Shown here piece by piece: positions 14,298 to 37,950 of a DNA stretch of 64,000 nt. A program made the position numbers and the translations under genes. The notes beneath the pieces were generated by a model. The model was not told the origin of the DNA, made no database searches, and saw nothing but the letters and a program-made list of their open reading frames with translations. Every line of letters begins with the position of its first letter. The first letter of the stretch is position 1. This DNA is from the human T2T-CHM13v2.0 reference genome, Homo sapiens: NCBI RefSeq assembly GCF_009914755.1, contig NC_060931.1. One strand, 5' to 3'.

Positions 14298-15712
14298 AGC
14301 TAACTGATCTTCATCAAGGTCATTAAGAATATACATTGGGGAAAAAACTCTCTTCCATTAATGCTTCTGAGAAAACTTGATAGCCATGTGCAGAAGAATG
14401 AAACTGGACCCCTATCTCTCACCATATACAAAATCAACTCAAGATGATGTAAAGACTTAGACATAAGTCTAAAACTATAAAACTACTAGAAGAAAACATA
14501 GTGGAAATTCTTCAGGGTATTAGTCTAAGCAAGGATTTTACTGGTAAGACCTTTCAGGGTATTAGTCTAGGCAAGGATTTTATTGCTAAGAACTCAAAAG
14601 CACAGGCAACAACAACAACAAAATAGACAAATGAGACTAAACTAAAAATACTTTGCACAGCTAAAGACACAACAGATTAAAGAGACAATGTTTTGAATGG
14701 GAGAAAACATTTGCAAACTACTCACTTGACAGGAAACTGACATCCAGAATATAAAAATAACTCAACAGCAAAAAAATAAAAATAAATTTAAAAAAGTCAA
14801 AGGACATATATAGACATTTCTCAAAAGAAGACATACAAATGGCCAACAGATATGTGAGAAAACACTAAATATCACTAATCGTTAGAATGACTACTTTCAA
14901 AGAGAAAAAACATAACAAGTTTTGGCAAGGATGAGGAGAAAAGAAAACTCTGGGAATTTAAATTAGTACAGTCACTATCAAAAACAGTATGGAGATATCT
15001 CAAAAAATTAAAACTAGAACTTCTATAGGATCCAGCAATCCCACTGCTGGGTATTTATCCAAACAAAGAGGGATTAATATATCAAAGAGATACATGCACT
15101 TCCTTGTTTATTACAGCACTAGTCACAATATAAAAAATATGGAATCAATCTAAGTGTCTATCAATGCACGAATGGATAAAGAAAATATGACGTATATATA
15201 ACCTGATGAAATACCATTTGGCCATAATAAAAAAGAATGAAATTTTGTCATTTGCAGCAACATGGATGAAACTAGAGATTATTGTGTTAAGTGAAATAAG
15301 CCAGACACAGACAAACAAATATCCCATGTTCTCATTCATATGTGGGAAATAAAAAAACGATCCCTTGGAGGTGGAGAGTAGAATGATAGATACCAGAGGC
15401 TGGGAGAGGTGTATGGTTTTGAAGGGAGGGGTGATGAAGAGCAGTTGGTTTATGGGTACAAACATAGTTGGATAAAACGAATAAGTTTTAATGTTTGATA
15501 GCAGAGTAGGGTAACTGTAGTTAGCAACGATGCATTTTTCTAAATAGCTAGAAGAGGGGTCTTGAAATGTTCCCAACACATAGAAATGATAAATAATCAG
15601 GTGATTGATGCCCTAAATACCCTGACTTTATCATTGCACATTCGATGCATGTAACAAAATTTCACATGTACCCCATAGATACATACAAATGTAATGTATC
15701 AAAAATAAAAAT
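14298..15712 (+). mobile_element. 5'-truncated L1MA nested in the older L1MA
   Basis: The ORF2 coordinate resets (AACTGATCTT...CATTGGGGAAA) and the copy has its own 3' end (CATGTAACAAAATTTCACATGTACCCC...AAAAATAAAA). The host resumes afterwards. Confidence 0.8.
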
Positions 15713-17182
15713 ATTTTTATGAAAGACAACAACTGTTAACAAGGATATGAAGAAGAACTCTTAAATGCTGTTGACAGGAATGTAAATGTGTAAAGCCATT
15801 ATGGAAACAATAAGAAGGCTACACAAAAAATTAAAAACAGGATCACCGCATAATCTGGTAACCCCAGTTTGGATATTTATCCAAAGGAAGTAAATTCATT
15901 ATCTTAAAGAGATACCTGAACTTCCATGTTCATTGTGGTATTTTTCATAATAGCCAAGATATGGCAACAACTTAAATATCCACTGATGAATGGTTAAAGA
16001 AAATATGACATAAGAAGAAAATTCTGCCATTGTATCAATATGGATGAACCCAGAGAACATTATGGTAAGTGAAATAAGTTAGTCACAGAAAGACAAATAC
16101 TGTATAATCACACAAGAGGTTTAACATTCTCTTGTTAAAAGTATTACATTGCTTCTAAAATTTGGCTATTAAAAATTGTTAAATAGCATTGTTTGTGCTT
16201 TTTTGTGTAGTTATATTTCTAGGTATCAAACTAGAAATTATATTGCAGAGAAAAATAATTTATTACTTCTAAATTGCTCTTGAGAGAGGTTGTATGAGTT
16301 TAATCTCTCGTAAATCAAAACTTAATATGATCAAAGTTTAAAGTGTCTTGTTTTTATCAATGAAAACTATTATTTCTTTGTTGTTCTAATTTTTATCCTA
16401 CTTTCTAATGAGGTTGAGATTTATATAAATTGATCATTTATGTTTATTATTATTTTTAATTTTTTGTAGCTCCATTGTTAATTATTTATATTAATGTATA
16501 GAAAGTATTTATATAATTTAAATACCGAAGAATACAATGAATGAAACAAAAAATGCAATTTACATAGCACATAGATATAGAATCTTGGGGGTAGGAACAG
16601 TCTTTCTCAAATAGCAAAAATGCCATAATGAAAATGAATTATTATTATTAACTTACCTAAATTAAACAACAAATTTATGGAACAAGGACTTCACAAAATT
16701 CAAAACAAATGAAATATTTTGAGAATACATTTGTGTGTATGTATATACATATGTACTCAAAATATACAATGTATGCTAAATACTAATTTTTGGCTATTAA
16801 ATTTTGCTATATTTGTACTATGGAATACTTTTTCACAGTTGACAATAGATAGCTAGATCCATATAAAGTTCCTTGGATAGCTTCCCAAGATATATTATAA
16901 AAAATATGTATATGTTACAACATATAATATATCCTTTAAAAAGACACCTAAACACAGTAACATATATTTATATCAGTACACATACGCATAGATATGTGTC
17001 TAAATGTATCACATGAAACTAACATATATGATCAGCTCCAGAAAATAAATATGGAACTGGAATTAGATTGGAAGCCAACAGAGAGAATTAATCATCCTCT
17101 GTAACGGATTTTGTGCTTATTTGCTTGTGTCTCTTCATATGTTAATTATGTAATTAAAAAGTCATTTAAAAATAAAATTTTG

Positions 17183-17308
<126 letters not shown>

Positions 17309-17384
17309 TTATATTATGAATTTAACTTTATGCACCTTATTTGGATGTTGAACCAAATTTATTTACTTATTTATAAATATTATA

Positions 17385-17500
17385 GAGGTGAGAACTCTCT
17401 GTGTTTTCCAAACTGGTCTCAAACTCCTGGGCTCAAGTGATCCTCCCGCCTCAGCCTCCCAAAATGTTGGGATTACAGATGCGGGCCACCACACCTGGTC
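17385..17500 (-). mobile_element. Alu monomer (FLAM/AluJ left arm)
   Basis: CTGGTCTCAAACTCCTGGGCTCAAGTGATCCTCCCGCC...GGGATTACAG. Confidence 0.8.
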
Positions 17501-18605
17501 TGAAACCAAATTTCTCTTTGACTGTTTTATTTTTATTATTTTTGCAAAATTAAATGTAAAATCCTTGGCTTTGGGCTGTAAAATATAGGCAATACATAGC
17601 TATGTTGCTAATAACATACACTCTTCGTTAGTACAATGACTATGTTCTTGATAAGCATGGAGTGAGCTAATAAGGGAGACGGAAGGAAATGAGGATAGGT
17701 GATAACACTATGCTGTCAGGGAAATCAGTCTTTCACTGCCCCAGCTGCTGACCTCAGCTGTGTTCCACTGACCTCTGTTAACAACATTTCTTTATTCTTT
17801 TTTAGTTTTTTGAATTGATACTTTGTAATTGTACACATTTATGTGGTACAATTTGATGTTTTGATACATGCATTCATTGTATAACATTTTTCTCTAGTCT
17901 GCAGGAAGGGTTTGGAATTTCTTCCAGTCTGTGTGATGAGCCACTGAAAACTCTATTCTCTGTGAGATGTACTGAGACTGATGCTTTGTCAGCATTCGGT
18001 GATGGTCATGAAGCCTTTGTGCTGAAACTTGGCTAAGGAGCCCCCTGGAGTCTTCTCACAGATCCTTGTCAGTGCTTCAGCTGTCTCAAACACAAGCCGC
18101 TTAGTTGTGCTGCTTTACATTACAAAAGCAACTTGTAAACAGGTTGAAGGTAAAAGCATGTTTTCCACATTTTTTAAGATTTTTTAAGATTTTCAAAAAC
18201 AATTTGTTCAAAAGCAGATTTTGTATCAATATGTTTATATTTCTTAAGAACTACTTGCTTATAATTTGGCAAAGTGGGGAGAAAACACCATCAAATAATT
18301 CCACTTGGAGGGAGGAGGTATCCTTTAAACATTCTCACACAAGGCACACAAACCGCATAGCTGACCCGGGTGCTTCCCTTTCCCCGGAGGAGCGCAGCTT
18401 TAATTTTCTCTCACGTTCTAATCTTCTGCCTATGTTGCTGCTGACCAAATTCAACTGGAAGCAAGAAGGGAGAACACAGCATACAGAAGTCAGCCTCCCA
18501 GGGCTGGGCTTGGGGTAAAGGATAGAGACTGGAGCAAAATGAACAAAATGAGAATACCCAGTGCGTATCCTCAGCTGGATTCACATTTTAAGGTCAGATT
18601 GCCAA

Positions 18606-21751
<3,146 letters not shown>

Positions 21752-24454
21752 CCAAATTGCACTTTACTAGAATAGTTTATTCAGAATTCAAGTGTATGGA
21801 AGGACTAACCTCAAGCCACTCTTGCCAGAATTTAATATTGCACTTATAAAGCTCTTCATTTATGGTGTCTGCTAACACATCCATCTATCAGCAATGGCAC
21901 AGGAGGTTCAGGCAGCTCCTGTCACTTATCCACATGAGTGCAACTTCGAGGTGTGGGGGGTCACTGATCCTGCCTCACAGAGCATTCCCACTGCATGTGG
22001 AAACTGCACTCTGCCTAGTCTGTCTGTGACCCAGGAGGCTTCTGTCTTCTCTCAGCATTTCTGCAATTTAGCCTATTTCCAAAGCACTTGTCAGAGCTCT
22101 CTTATAAATGGAATTCTGCTTATGAATGTTTCCTAGTTCCAGAGTAAAAGGAGTTTACTGATTCTTGTGATCTTTGTTGCATGTGATTAGTTTGAGAGAA
22201 CGAAAAGAAGCAGAATTAGTATTTTACTCTATTATTATCTGGGCAATCTACTATATTTTTATATAGCCATAACCTAGGTTTTATTTACGTGAAAAAATTG
22301 AAGGAAAAAAGTAGTTTGTTATGAATTGTAATCATTTGGATAAAAAAATTATAATTGACTGAGATCCCAGATTTGTTTTAAGATGTACATATCCTATATG
22401 TTATGCAAATAAAATAAGTGTTCCGATATAACTGTATATGCTAATAGACATACTATGTATACTGTCTGACAATTACGGAACAAAAAGCCAATAATTATCT
22501 ACAATATAGAAATATACTTAATTCTGAATTTCTGAAGTCTTTTATTATTTACAACTCAGACTTACATCTTAATTTCTGAATTTTTAGGCAAATTATTGAA
22601 AGCATTATACATAATTAGACACTTAATTTTACTACCTTCCTCTATAAAAGTCAGATTCATTCTTTGACCAAGAACACCAAGCTTTATTCACTATACCAAT
22701 AATAATAAAATGAAGGTATTGCACATCATAAGGTCTTACCTCTTTTTACCTCTTAATGAGTATTTGTGCACCTTAGTGATGACTAGCATTGCTCTGAATC
22801 AAGAACTGTATATTCACAGACATTCCAAGTTTGCCTCTTAACAGAAAATTTTAATTAATACAATCCAAAAACAATTTTTGCTTCTAAATATAAAATAATT
22901 GAATATTATAATACAAATTTTAGAATCAGACTATTATTTTAGAACACTCCATGTAATGGATCATCTACATACTTTAGAAAGTACAATTTCCAAGTGCAAT
23001 ATGCTCTTTGATGTGAAGGTGAATAATCAGGCTTCTCCGGTGGGTGGTCAGGACACATCACCTTCCACCTGGACTCGAGATTTCCAGCATTAACTCTGAC
23101 TGGAAAACTTGGGCTGTGTCATGAAATAACCACAGTTGTCAGTGTCTGGATAACTTGAATTTAAGGTTGATCCAGGCCTTGAGGCAAGGTATCCAAGATT
23201 TCCTGAGTAGGGTTTTACTCTCAAGCAAAGCCCTTTCATACCATAGAAAACTATGGACCCTGAATTTATCCATGATCCCAATGCTGTCTTACCCAGGAAT
23301 GTCATGTTATTTTGAAGCCAGAGAAAATGTCCAGAATCATTTTGCTGCACGATTTTGCTACTCTTACTACCTAAGTAAGGTTAGATGGAATTACAGATCC
23401 TATATCTTATTTAAATTTCTGTGATTCTTTTCTTGTTTATTTTGTATTCTCCTTTATTTTTTTCTCTCTCTCTTTTCTTTAAACTTTAGGCTTGTTGACA
23501 GTATGTGGTGTCACTGACCTCTGCTTTAAAATGAAGAGAAAAAATCACAGAAATGGGAGTTTTCTTGATGATTTCTTGCTTTCGACATTAAAAACACATG
23601 CAAGCTTGAATACAAAAGAGCTAATTTAGTTAATCCAATTAACTTCATAATGCAAGTGCAACATATCATTAATGCTATTTCCTCCCATTTGTTTAATGGA
23701 TTATCTAATTGGTTTAATATAAAAGAGTAGAACAAAATTAGAGTCAGATGTTAAGGGATTTTATTGAGAAAGTGTGGGATAGAAAAGAAATAACCCAGAA
23801 TTCTGTAATGATAAAGCTAAGAGGTGAAATAAGTCTGATATTTCATAGATTTTTAACTAGATTTAATTCTAACAGAACTGAGTGGTGTCATTTACAGAAA
23901 TTGCATGCAAGGCTGGTTCTGATGTGCCAGGTGCTCCTTACACATAGGTTCACAGGGCCTTAAGCCCATCTTTCCTTGAAGCTCAGGATTTAAGCAAATT
24001 TAGCTCCAAGTTATGGGGCTAGACATTGCAGCAAATTGACTGTCTTTGCTCCATTTCTCTTGCTCTTTTGATCTACCATTAAATTAATGCTGAATTTTGA
24101 AAACTAGGCTCTTGGGAATGCTTCTCCCCCCGCACACCAGGGTAATTGAGACATTTCTGCACTCTCTCTCTCACTTTCTATTTCTCTCCTTTTCCTCTTT
24201 ATTTTGTTCATTTTGGAAATGAAAATACATACGTATGCAGTTTAAGTTTTCAGAGTACAAAATATTTTAAGTCAAAATTAAAAAACATATTTCTATATTC
24301 TGACAAAACACAGAAAACTTCTCCCAAAATTTTGGAGCTAAACTATAATGGTTCATTTTGGGTTTTTTTGGTATTTTTTGTTTGTTTGTTTAATTTTATG
24401 GGAAAAAATAATACAGGTGATTTATTTTCTGGGCCATTACATCCCGAATATGTC

Positions 24455-24867
24455 CTTTTGCCTATAGCCATTTTTGCTATATATAAAGAAATATCTGAGG
24501 CTGAGTAATTTACTTTTAAAAAAAGATTGAATTGGTTCACTGTTCTGCAGGCTGTATAGGAAGTATGGTGCCAGCATCTGCTTCTGGTGAGGACTTCAGA
24601 GAACTCACAATCATCGTGGAAGGTGAAGGGGGAGCAGGCATGTCACATGGAGAGTGAGTGGTGAGGGGGTAGTCCTAGGCTTTTGAACAACCAGATCTCA
24701 CGTAAACTGAGTGAGAATTCACGTATCACCAAGGATATGGCACTAAACCATTCATGGGAGATCCGTCCCTGTGATGCAATCACCCCCCCTTAGCAGGCCC
24801 CACCTGCAACAATGGGATCACATTTCAACATGAGATTTGGAGGGGACACATATCCAAACCGTATCAC
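24455..24867 (-). mobile_element. MaLR solo LTR (MSTA/B)
   Basis: GAAATATCTGAGGCTG...CCAGCATCTGCTTCTGGTGAGG...GAGGGGACACATATCCAAACCGTATCA. Confidence 0.9.
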
Positions 24868-27800
24868 CTTCTCACACTAGTCTTTCTATGGTTTAAATAT
24901 AATCATTGCATGTAGTGTGTGTCTCTTTTAAAAAAAACTATTCAATCAGAAATTATTTGCCTTTAAACAAAGTAATTATGTACTTCTTAATTCTGCTCTT
25001 AGTTTGTCTTACATATATTTTACACTTTTACTTTTCCCATCTCTCAGCTTTTGCTAGACTACAACTAATCTTTGCCTGCTCTGGATGTTATTTTTTTCTC
25101 CTAATGGATACCCTCCATGTTTTACAAATTGTTACCAGTCTTTATTTTTCTAACAATCTCGAAAATTAGTCCAGGCAAGCAAGAATAGAAGAATGTAGAA
25201 TTATTGCCTTCCCTTATTTCATGTGAGTTTTTTTTTTAATCTTCTGAAATTTGAGTTCCAGATTATTACTTGTGTTTATGTCAGCAATTTGTGCATCATG
25301 CCTCTTTCACTTTATAAATATGCTTGACAAATGCATTAAGCATCACACTTATATGATCAAAAGTATGTTTCTTATACTTAAAAAAAAAATCAACTGATAT
25401 GTTAGCTAACGTATACTGCAACTTGTGGTTCAGATTAAACTTAGATGACCTCTCCCAGGTGTGGTAGAAGGATGGTGCGGGGGTGTTAAAGGCAGTGGTA
25501 GTGCCTCACAGCTGCCCTGCAACTTTTGGATCAAAACTCTACTTTAGTTGATTGCCAGATTCGTCCAATGTAGGATTCATCTGGTCAGTCTGGGTGCAGC
25601 GCAGTTCTGTATCATGTCAAACATCAATCCCTCAGAATCTCCCACATGAGGAATTGTATCTGAGCATACTTTGCTAATTGTTTGGGTTGGTAATCAGCTT
25701 AAAGTAGCCACAAAATACAGCTCTTCTAACATTCACATCTACTCACCTTCTCCCCCTTGCCCTCCTTGCATAATCTCTGCTTGGTCCAGGCTTCATTTAC
25801 CTAAGTGTCTTATAAATGCACTTCCTAAGTAATTTATAACGAGTCTTATCCTACAGGAGAAGAAACACACAAGCGGACCCTTAAAAGTTTTTATGTTCCC
25901 CTTCTCTTTCCAGTCTAGTATGTACGAGAAAAAATTGTAGGATGTGTGTCATAACTCATCAACACAACCCTCTACTGCTATACGTAAGAGGTAAGTATGA
26001 TCAGTGTGTATTTCTTTCTCATTATTAAAATTGTACCTCATGACTTTCCTATTTTATTATTTTTAAAATTTTTCATTATTACATTATTTACATTATTACT
26101 AAACTGAGAAATCTATTTCTGATTCCAAAATTTGTGCATTGTGGTGTTCCTATTGAGTCACAATATGACTTAAACTTATACCTTAATGGAAGTTTGGCTG
26201 GGAATGTAGAATAATAAATTAAAATTATATATTTTTTCTATGAGTTCTATATAATGTTTTCATTGCCTTATTGCATTTATCCTGTGCCAAGCTAGTTACT
26301 GTTTTTTTGCAAGTGCTTGTTTATTTTCTTTCCTCTCTGAAAGTTTATAGGAGGTTCTCTTGGTTTTCCTTATCCTATCAAGTGAGAATTTCCTCAATAT
26401 TCAATTAACATATTCCATCTGAGTACTGCATCTATTCTTAGTTCAGTGAAGTTTTCTTCCCTGGCTTCTTTGATAGCATCCTTTTCTTTTGTCTTCTTTA
26501 TATTTTCTCATATGTTCTTACAATATAGAGTACTGTTCTATATCTTGCATGTATCCTATATTTCCCTTCAAATTTTGTCTCCTAATTTTGAACTCTTTCT
26601 GTTATTTTAAGGTATGGTAGAATGGCCATGTTTGATATTCTTTATATCTAATTCAATTTTCAGAAATATAATTTTTATTATGTTTTTGAATTTGTGTTCC
26701 TAATATTTAAGATGTTTTTCCCTCTCAGTTTCTTTTTAACAGTGTATTATTGCTTTTAAGTATAATGTCCTCTCAAATTTTTTTCTGAAAATACTATCTA
26801 GAAGATAACATGAGGCAACCTACTGCCCTTGGGTATTGTGCTGACATTTTGGTTACAATAATGAAGGTACAATTCATGAAAAACAAATTTGGCTGGGATT
26901 AAAATTAAAAACTTTTTCTTGAAGGATGAGAAAAAACATACAAAAGATCAATGAATCTAGTAGTTTGTTCTTTGAAGGAATAATAAGATTAATAGCCCAT
27001 TAGTTATAATAACAAAGAAAAAAGAGAAGATCCAAATAAACACTATCAGAAATGACAAAGGAGACATTACCACTGACCCCACAGAGACACAAAATATCCC
27101 TCAGAAGCACCTATTCACACATACTAGAAAACGTAGGAGAAATGGATAAATTCCTGGAAACATACAACCTCCCAAGATTTAACCAGGAAGAAACTGAATT
27201 CCTGAATAAACAGTAATGAGCTCTGAAATTGAATCAGTAATAAAAAGCCTACCAACCAAAAAAAGGCCAGGGCCAAATGGATTCACAGCTGAAGTCTACC
27301 AGATGTATAAAGCAGAGCTGTTTCCATTCCTACTGAAACTATTTCAAAAACTTGATGAGAAGGAACTCCTCTCTAACTCATTCTATGAGGCCAGCATCAT
27401 CCCAATACCAAAACCTGGAAGACACACAACAAGAAAATAAAACTTCAGGCCAATATCCCTGATGAACATAGAAGCAAAAACCCTCAACAAAATACTGTCA
27501 AACTGAATCCAACAGCACATCAAAAAGCTAATCTAATGCAATCAAGTAGGCTTTATGCCTGGAATGAAGGTTGGTTCAACACATGTAAAACATGTTTTTC
27601 CCTCTCAGTTTCTTTTTAACAGTGTATTATTGGTTTTAAGTATAATGTCCTCTCAAAAATTTTACAAGTGATTCATCACATAAACAGAACTAAAAACAAA
27701 ACCATATGATTGTCTCAACAGATGCAGAAAAGGCCTTCAATAAAATTCAGCATGCTTCATGTTAAAAGCCCTCAACAAACCAGGCATTAAAGGAACATAC

Positions 27801-28841
27801 CTCAAAATAATAAGATCCATCTATGACAAACCCACAGCCAACCTTATATGGAATAAGCAAAAGTTTGAAGCATTTGCCTTGAGAATAAGACAAGGATGCC
27901 CCTGATCACCACTCATATTCAACATAGTACTAGAAATCCTAGCCAGAGCAGACAGGCAAGAGAAAGAAATAAAAGGCATCCAAACAAGAAGAGATGAAGT
28001 TAAACTATTTATGTTTGGAGAAAAGATGATTTTATACCTAGAAAACTGCATACTCTGCCTAAAAGCTCCTAGATCTGAATAACTTCAGCAAAATTTCAGG
28101 ATATAAAATCAGTACACAAAAATCAGTAACATTTCTATAGAACAACATCCAAGCTGAAAGCCAAATCAAGGACACAATGCCATTCACAATAGCTACAAAA
28201 ATAATAAAATACCTAGGAATACAGCTGACCAGGGAGGTGAGAGATCTCTACAACAATAATTTCAAAACACTGCTGAAAGAAATTAGACATGATACAAACA
28301 AATGAAAAAACATTCCATGCTCAATGATAGAATCAATATTGATAAATGACCATACTGCCCAAAGCACTTCACAGATTCAATGCTATTCCTATCAAACAAC
28401 AAATGACATTTCTCCACAGAATTAGAAAAAAAAAACTATTTTAAAATTCATAGCAAACATAAAAAGAGCCCAAATACCCAATCCTGAGCAAAAAAAAAAA
28501 AAAAAAAAAAAAGCTGGATACATCACATCACTCAGCTTCAAATTATACTGTTAATACAAGGCTGCAGTGACCACAACAGCATAGTATTAGTATAAAAACA
28601 GACACATAGACCAATAGAACACAATAGAGAGCCCAAAAGTAAAGCCACATATTTACAACTATCTGATATTTGAAAAAGTCAGTACAAAGAAGCAATAGAG
28701 AAAAAAACTCCCTATTCAATAAATAGTGCTGGTATAACTGGATAGCCATATGCAGAAGATTGCAACTGGGCATCTTCCTTATATCACCTACAAAAATAAA
28801 TTCAAGATGAATTAAAGGCTTAAATTTAAAACCTAAAACTA

Positions 28842-29174
<333 letters not shown>

Positions 29175-29349
29175 TACAGAAACACAAGAAGATAACCTAG
29201 AAAATACCATTCTGGAAACAGGAACAGGCAAAGATGCCAATAGCAATTGCAAGAAAAATAAAAATTGACAAATGGGATCTTATAAAACTAAAGAGCTTCT
29301 GCACAGCAAAAGAAACCATCAACAGAGTAAACAGCCTACAGAATGAGAG

Positions 29350-30355
29350 AATTGGCAGTTTCTTACAAAAATTACATACTCTTACTATACAACCCAGCAA
29401 TCATGCTCCTTGGCACTTACCAAAATTAGCTGAAATTTATGTCCATGCAAAAACCTGCATATGAATGTTTATAGCAGCTTTATTCATATGTACCAAGATA
29501 CCCTTCAGTAGGTGAATGGATAAAGTGTGGTACATCCAGACAATGGAATATTATTCAATGCTAAGGAGATACGAGCTATGAAGTCATGAAAACACATGGA
29601 GGAAACTTAAATACGTATTGTTAAGTGAAAGAAGCAAATCTGAAAAGGCTACATACTGTATAATTTCAATTATATGCAACTGTGGAAGAGGCAAAACTAT
29701 GGCGATATTACAAGGATCAATGGTGTCAGGTGCTGGGTGGGGGATGTGTAGGTGAAACACGGAGAATTTATAGAGGAATGAAACTATTCTGTATGATACA
29801 ATGGTGGATACATGTCATTATACATTTGTCCAGACCTCTAGAATATATATTACCAAGAGTGAACCCTAAAGTATGGTACATAGCTTAGGCAATTATGGTG
29901 TGTCAATGTAGGCTCATCAATTCTGACAAATGCAGCACTCTGGTGGGGGATGTTGATAATGGCATAGGCTATGCATAGAGAAGTTAGAGGGATATGGGAA
30001 ACCTCTGTACTTCTGCTCAATTTTGTTGTGAACCTAAAACTGAGCTAAAAAACTTATATAAGAAATAATATTAATAATTTTATAATAAATAAGTCATGAA
30101 AAGACATGGATGAATCTTAAATGCATATTGCTTAGTGAAACAGCCAGTCTGAAAAGGCTACACACTGTGTGATTACAACTCTATGACATTCTGGAAAACA
30201 CAAAATTACAGAGACAGTAAATAGATCAGTTGTTTCAAGGGATTTGGGAGGGTGAAGTTAAGTATGTGAAGGACAGGAGATTCTTTGAGATTGTAAAACT
30301 ATTCTATATGATATAATGATGAGTATAATACATTAAGTATGTGTCAAAATCCATA
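29350..30355 (+). mobile_element. L1MC 3' region fragments
   Basis: GGCAGTTTCTTACAAAA...GTGAACCCTAA...CTCTGTACTTCTGCTCAATTTTG. Confidence 0.75.
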
Positions 30356-30449
30356 AATATTTTTTGTTTGTTTTCTTCACTATCATTTATTTTTATTTAT
30401 TTATATTTAAATATAGATATATTTAAATATTTTGTTTGTATTATTTCAT

Positions 30450-31210
<761 letters not shown>

Positions 31211-31264
31211 GATATATGTTTGTTTACATCTTTTCAGATATGTATACACACATACATTTCTTTA

Positions 31265-31677
31265 TTCTGTCAGTTGACAGGGCCTGGAAACAATACCCTG
31301 GAGACAGTCTAGTGCCTTGATCTTGGTTTCTAACATATTTCTCCAATAAAAAATATCAGGAATCCTTGGAGAAATGGCTGATTCTAGTACTGTGGTAGGA
31401 AATCCACAAGATGAATCTGGATTACCTTGTTGTGCCAGAAAGTAAAATAGTGCTAACAAACAAACAGAAAAGACACACAAAGATACAAGCATATCAAAGG
31501 AACTCAGAAGCAAACTGAAGAGCTCCAAGGGGCCAAATTTGAAACAATTGGAGCAAGAAAACGAAGTAGTATTTGAAGTATAACGTTAAATATAAAATAA
31601 GTATCCATATGTCAATATAGATATAAATAAATGGTTGAATAAATAAAAACAAACAAAATGGAGAAAGGAGAAATCTT
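31265..31677 (+). mobile_element. L1MC/MD 3' region, left half of the host of the 18-kb block
   Basis: CCTTGGAGAAATGGCTGATTCTAG...AAATAAATGGTTGAATAAATAA...GGAGAAATCTT. Confidence 0.75.
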
Positions 31678-37919
<6,242 letters not shown>

Positions 37920-37950
37920 TTTCATCTTTTTTTATAATAAAAAAAATTTC

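Noticed and set aside
18280-18520. Small CpG-containing patch with a RUNX-like AAACCGCA as a promoter
   Set aside because: Too few CpGs, and a single short motif is expected by chance.
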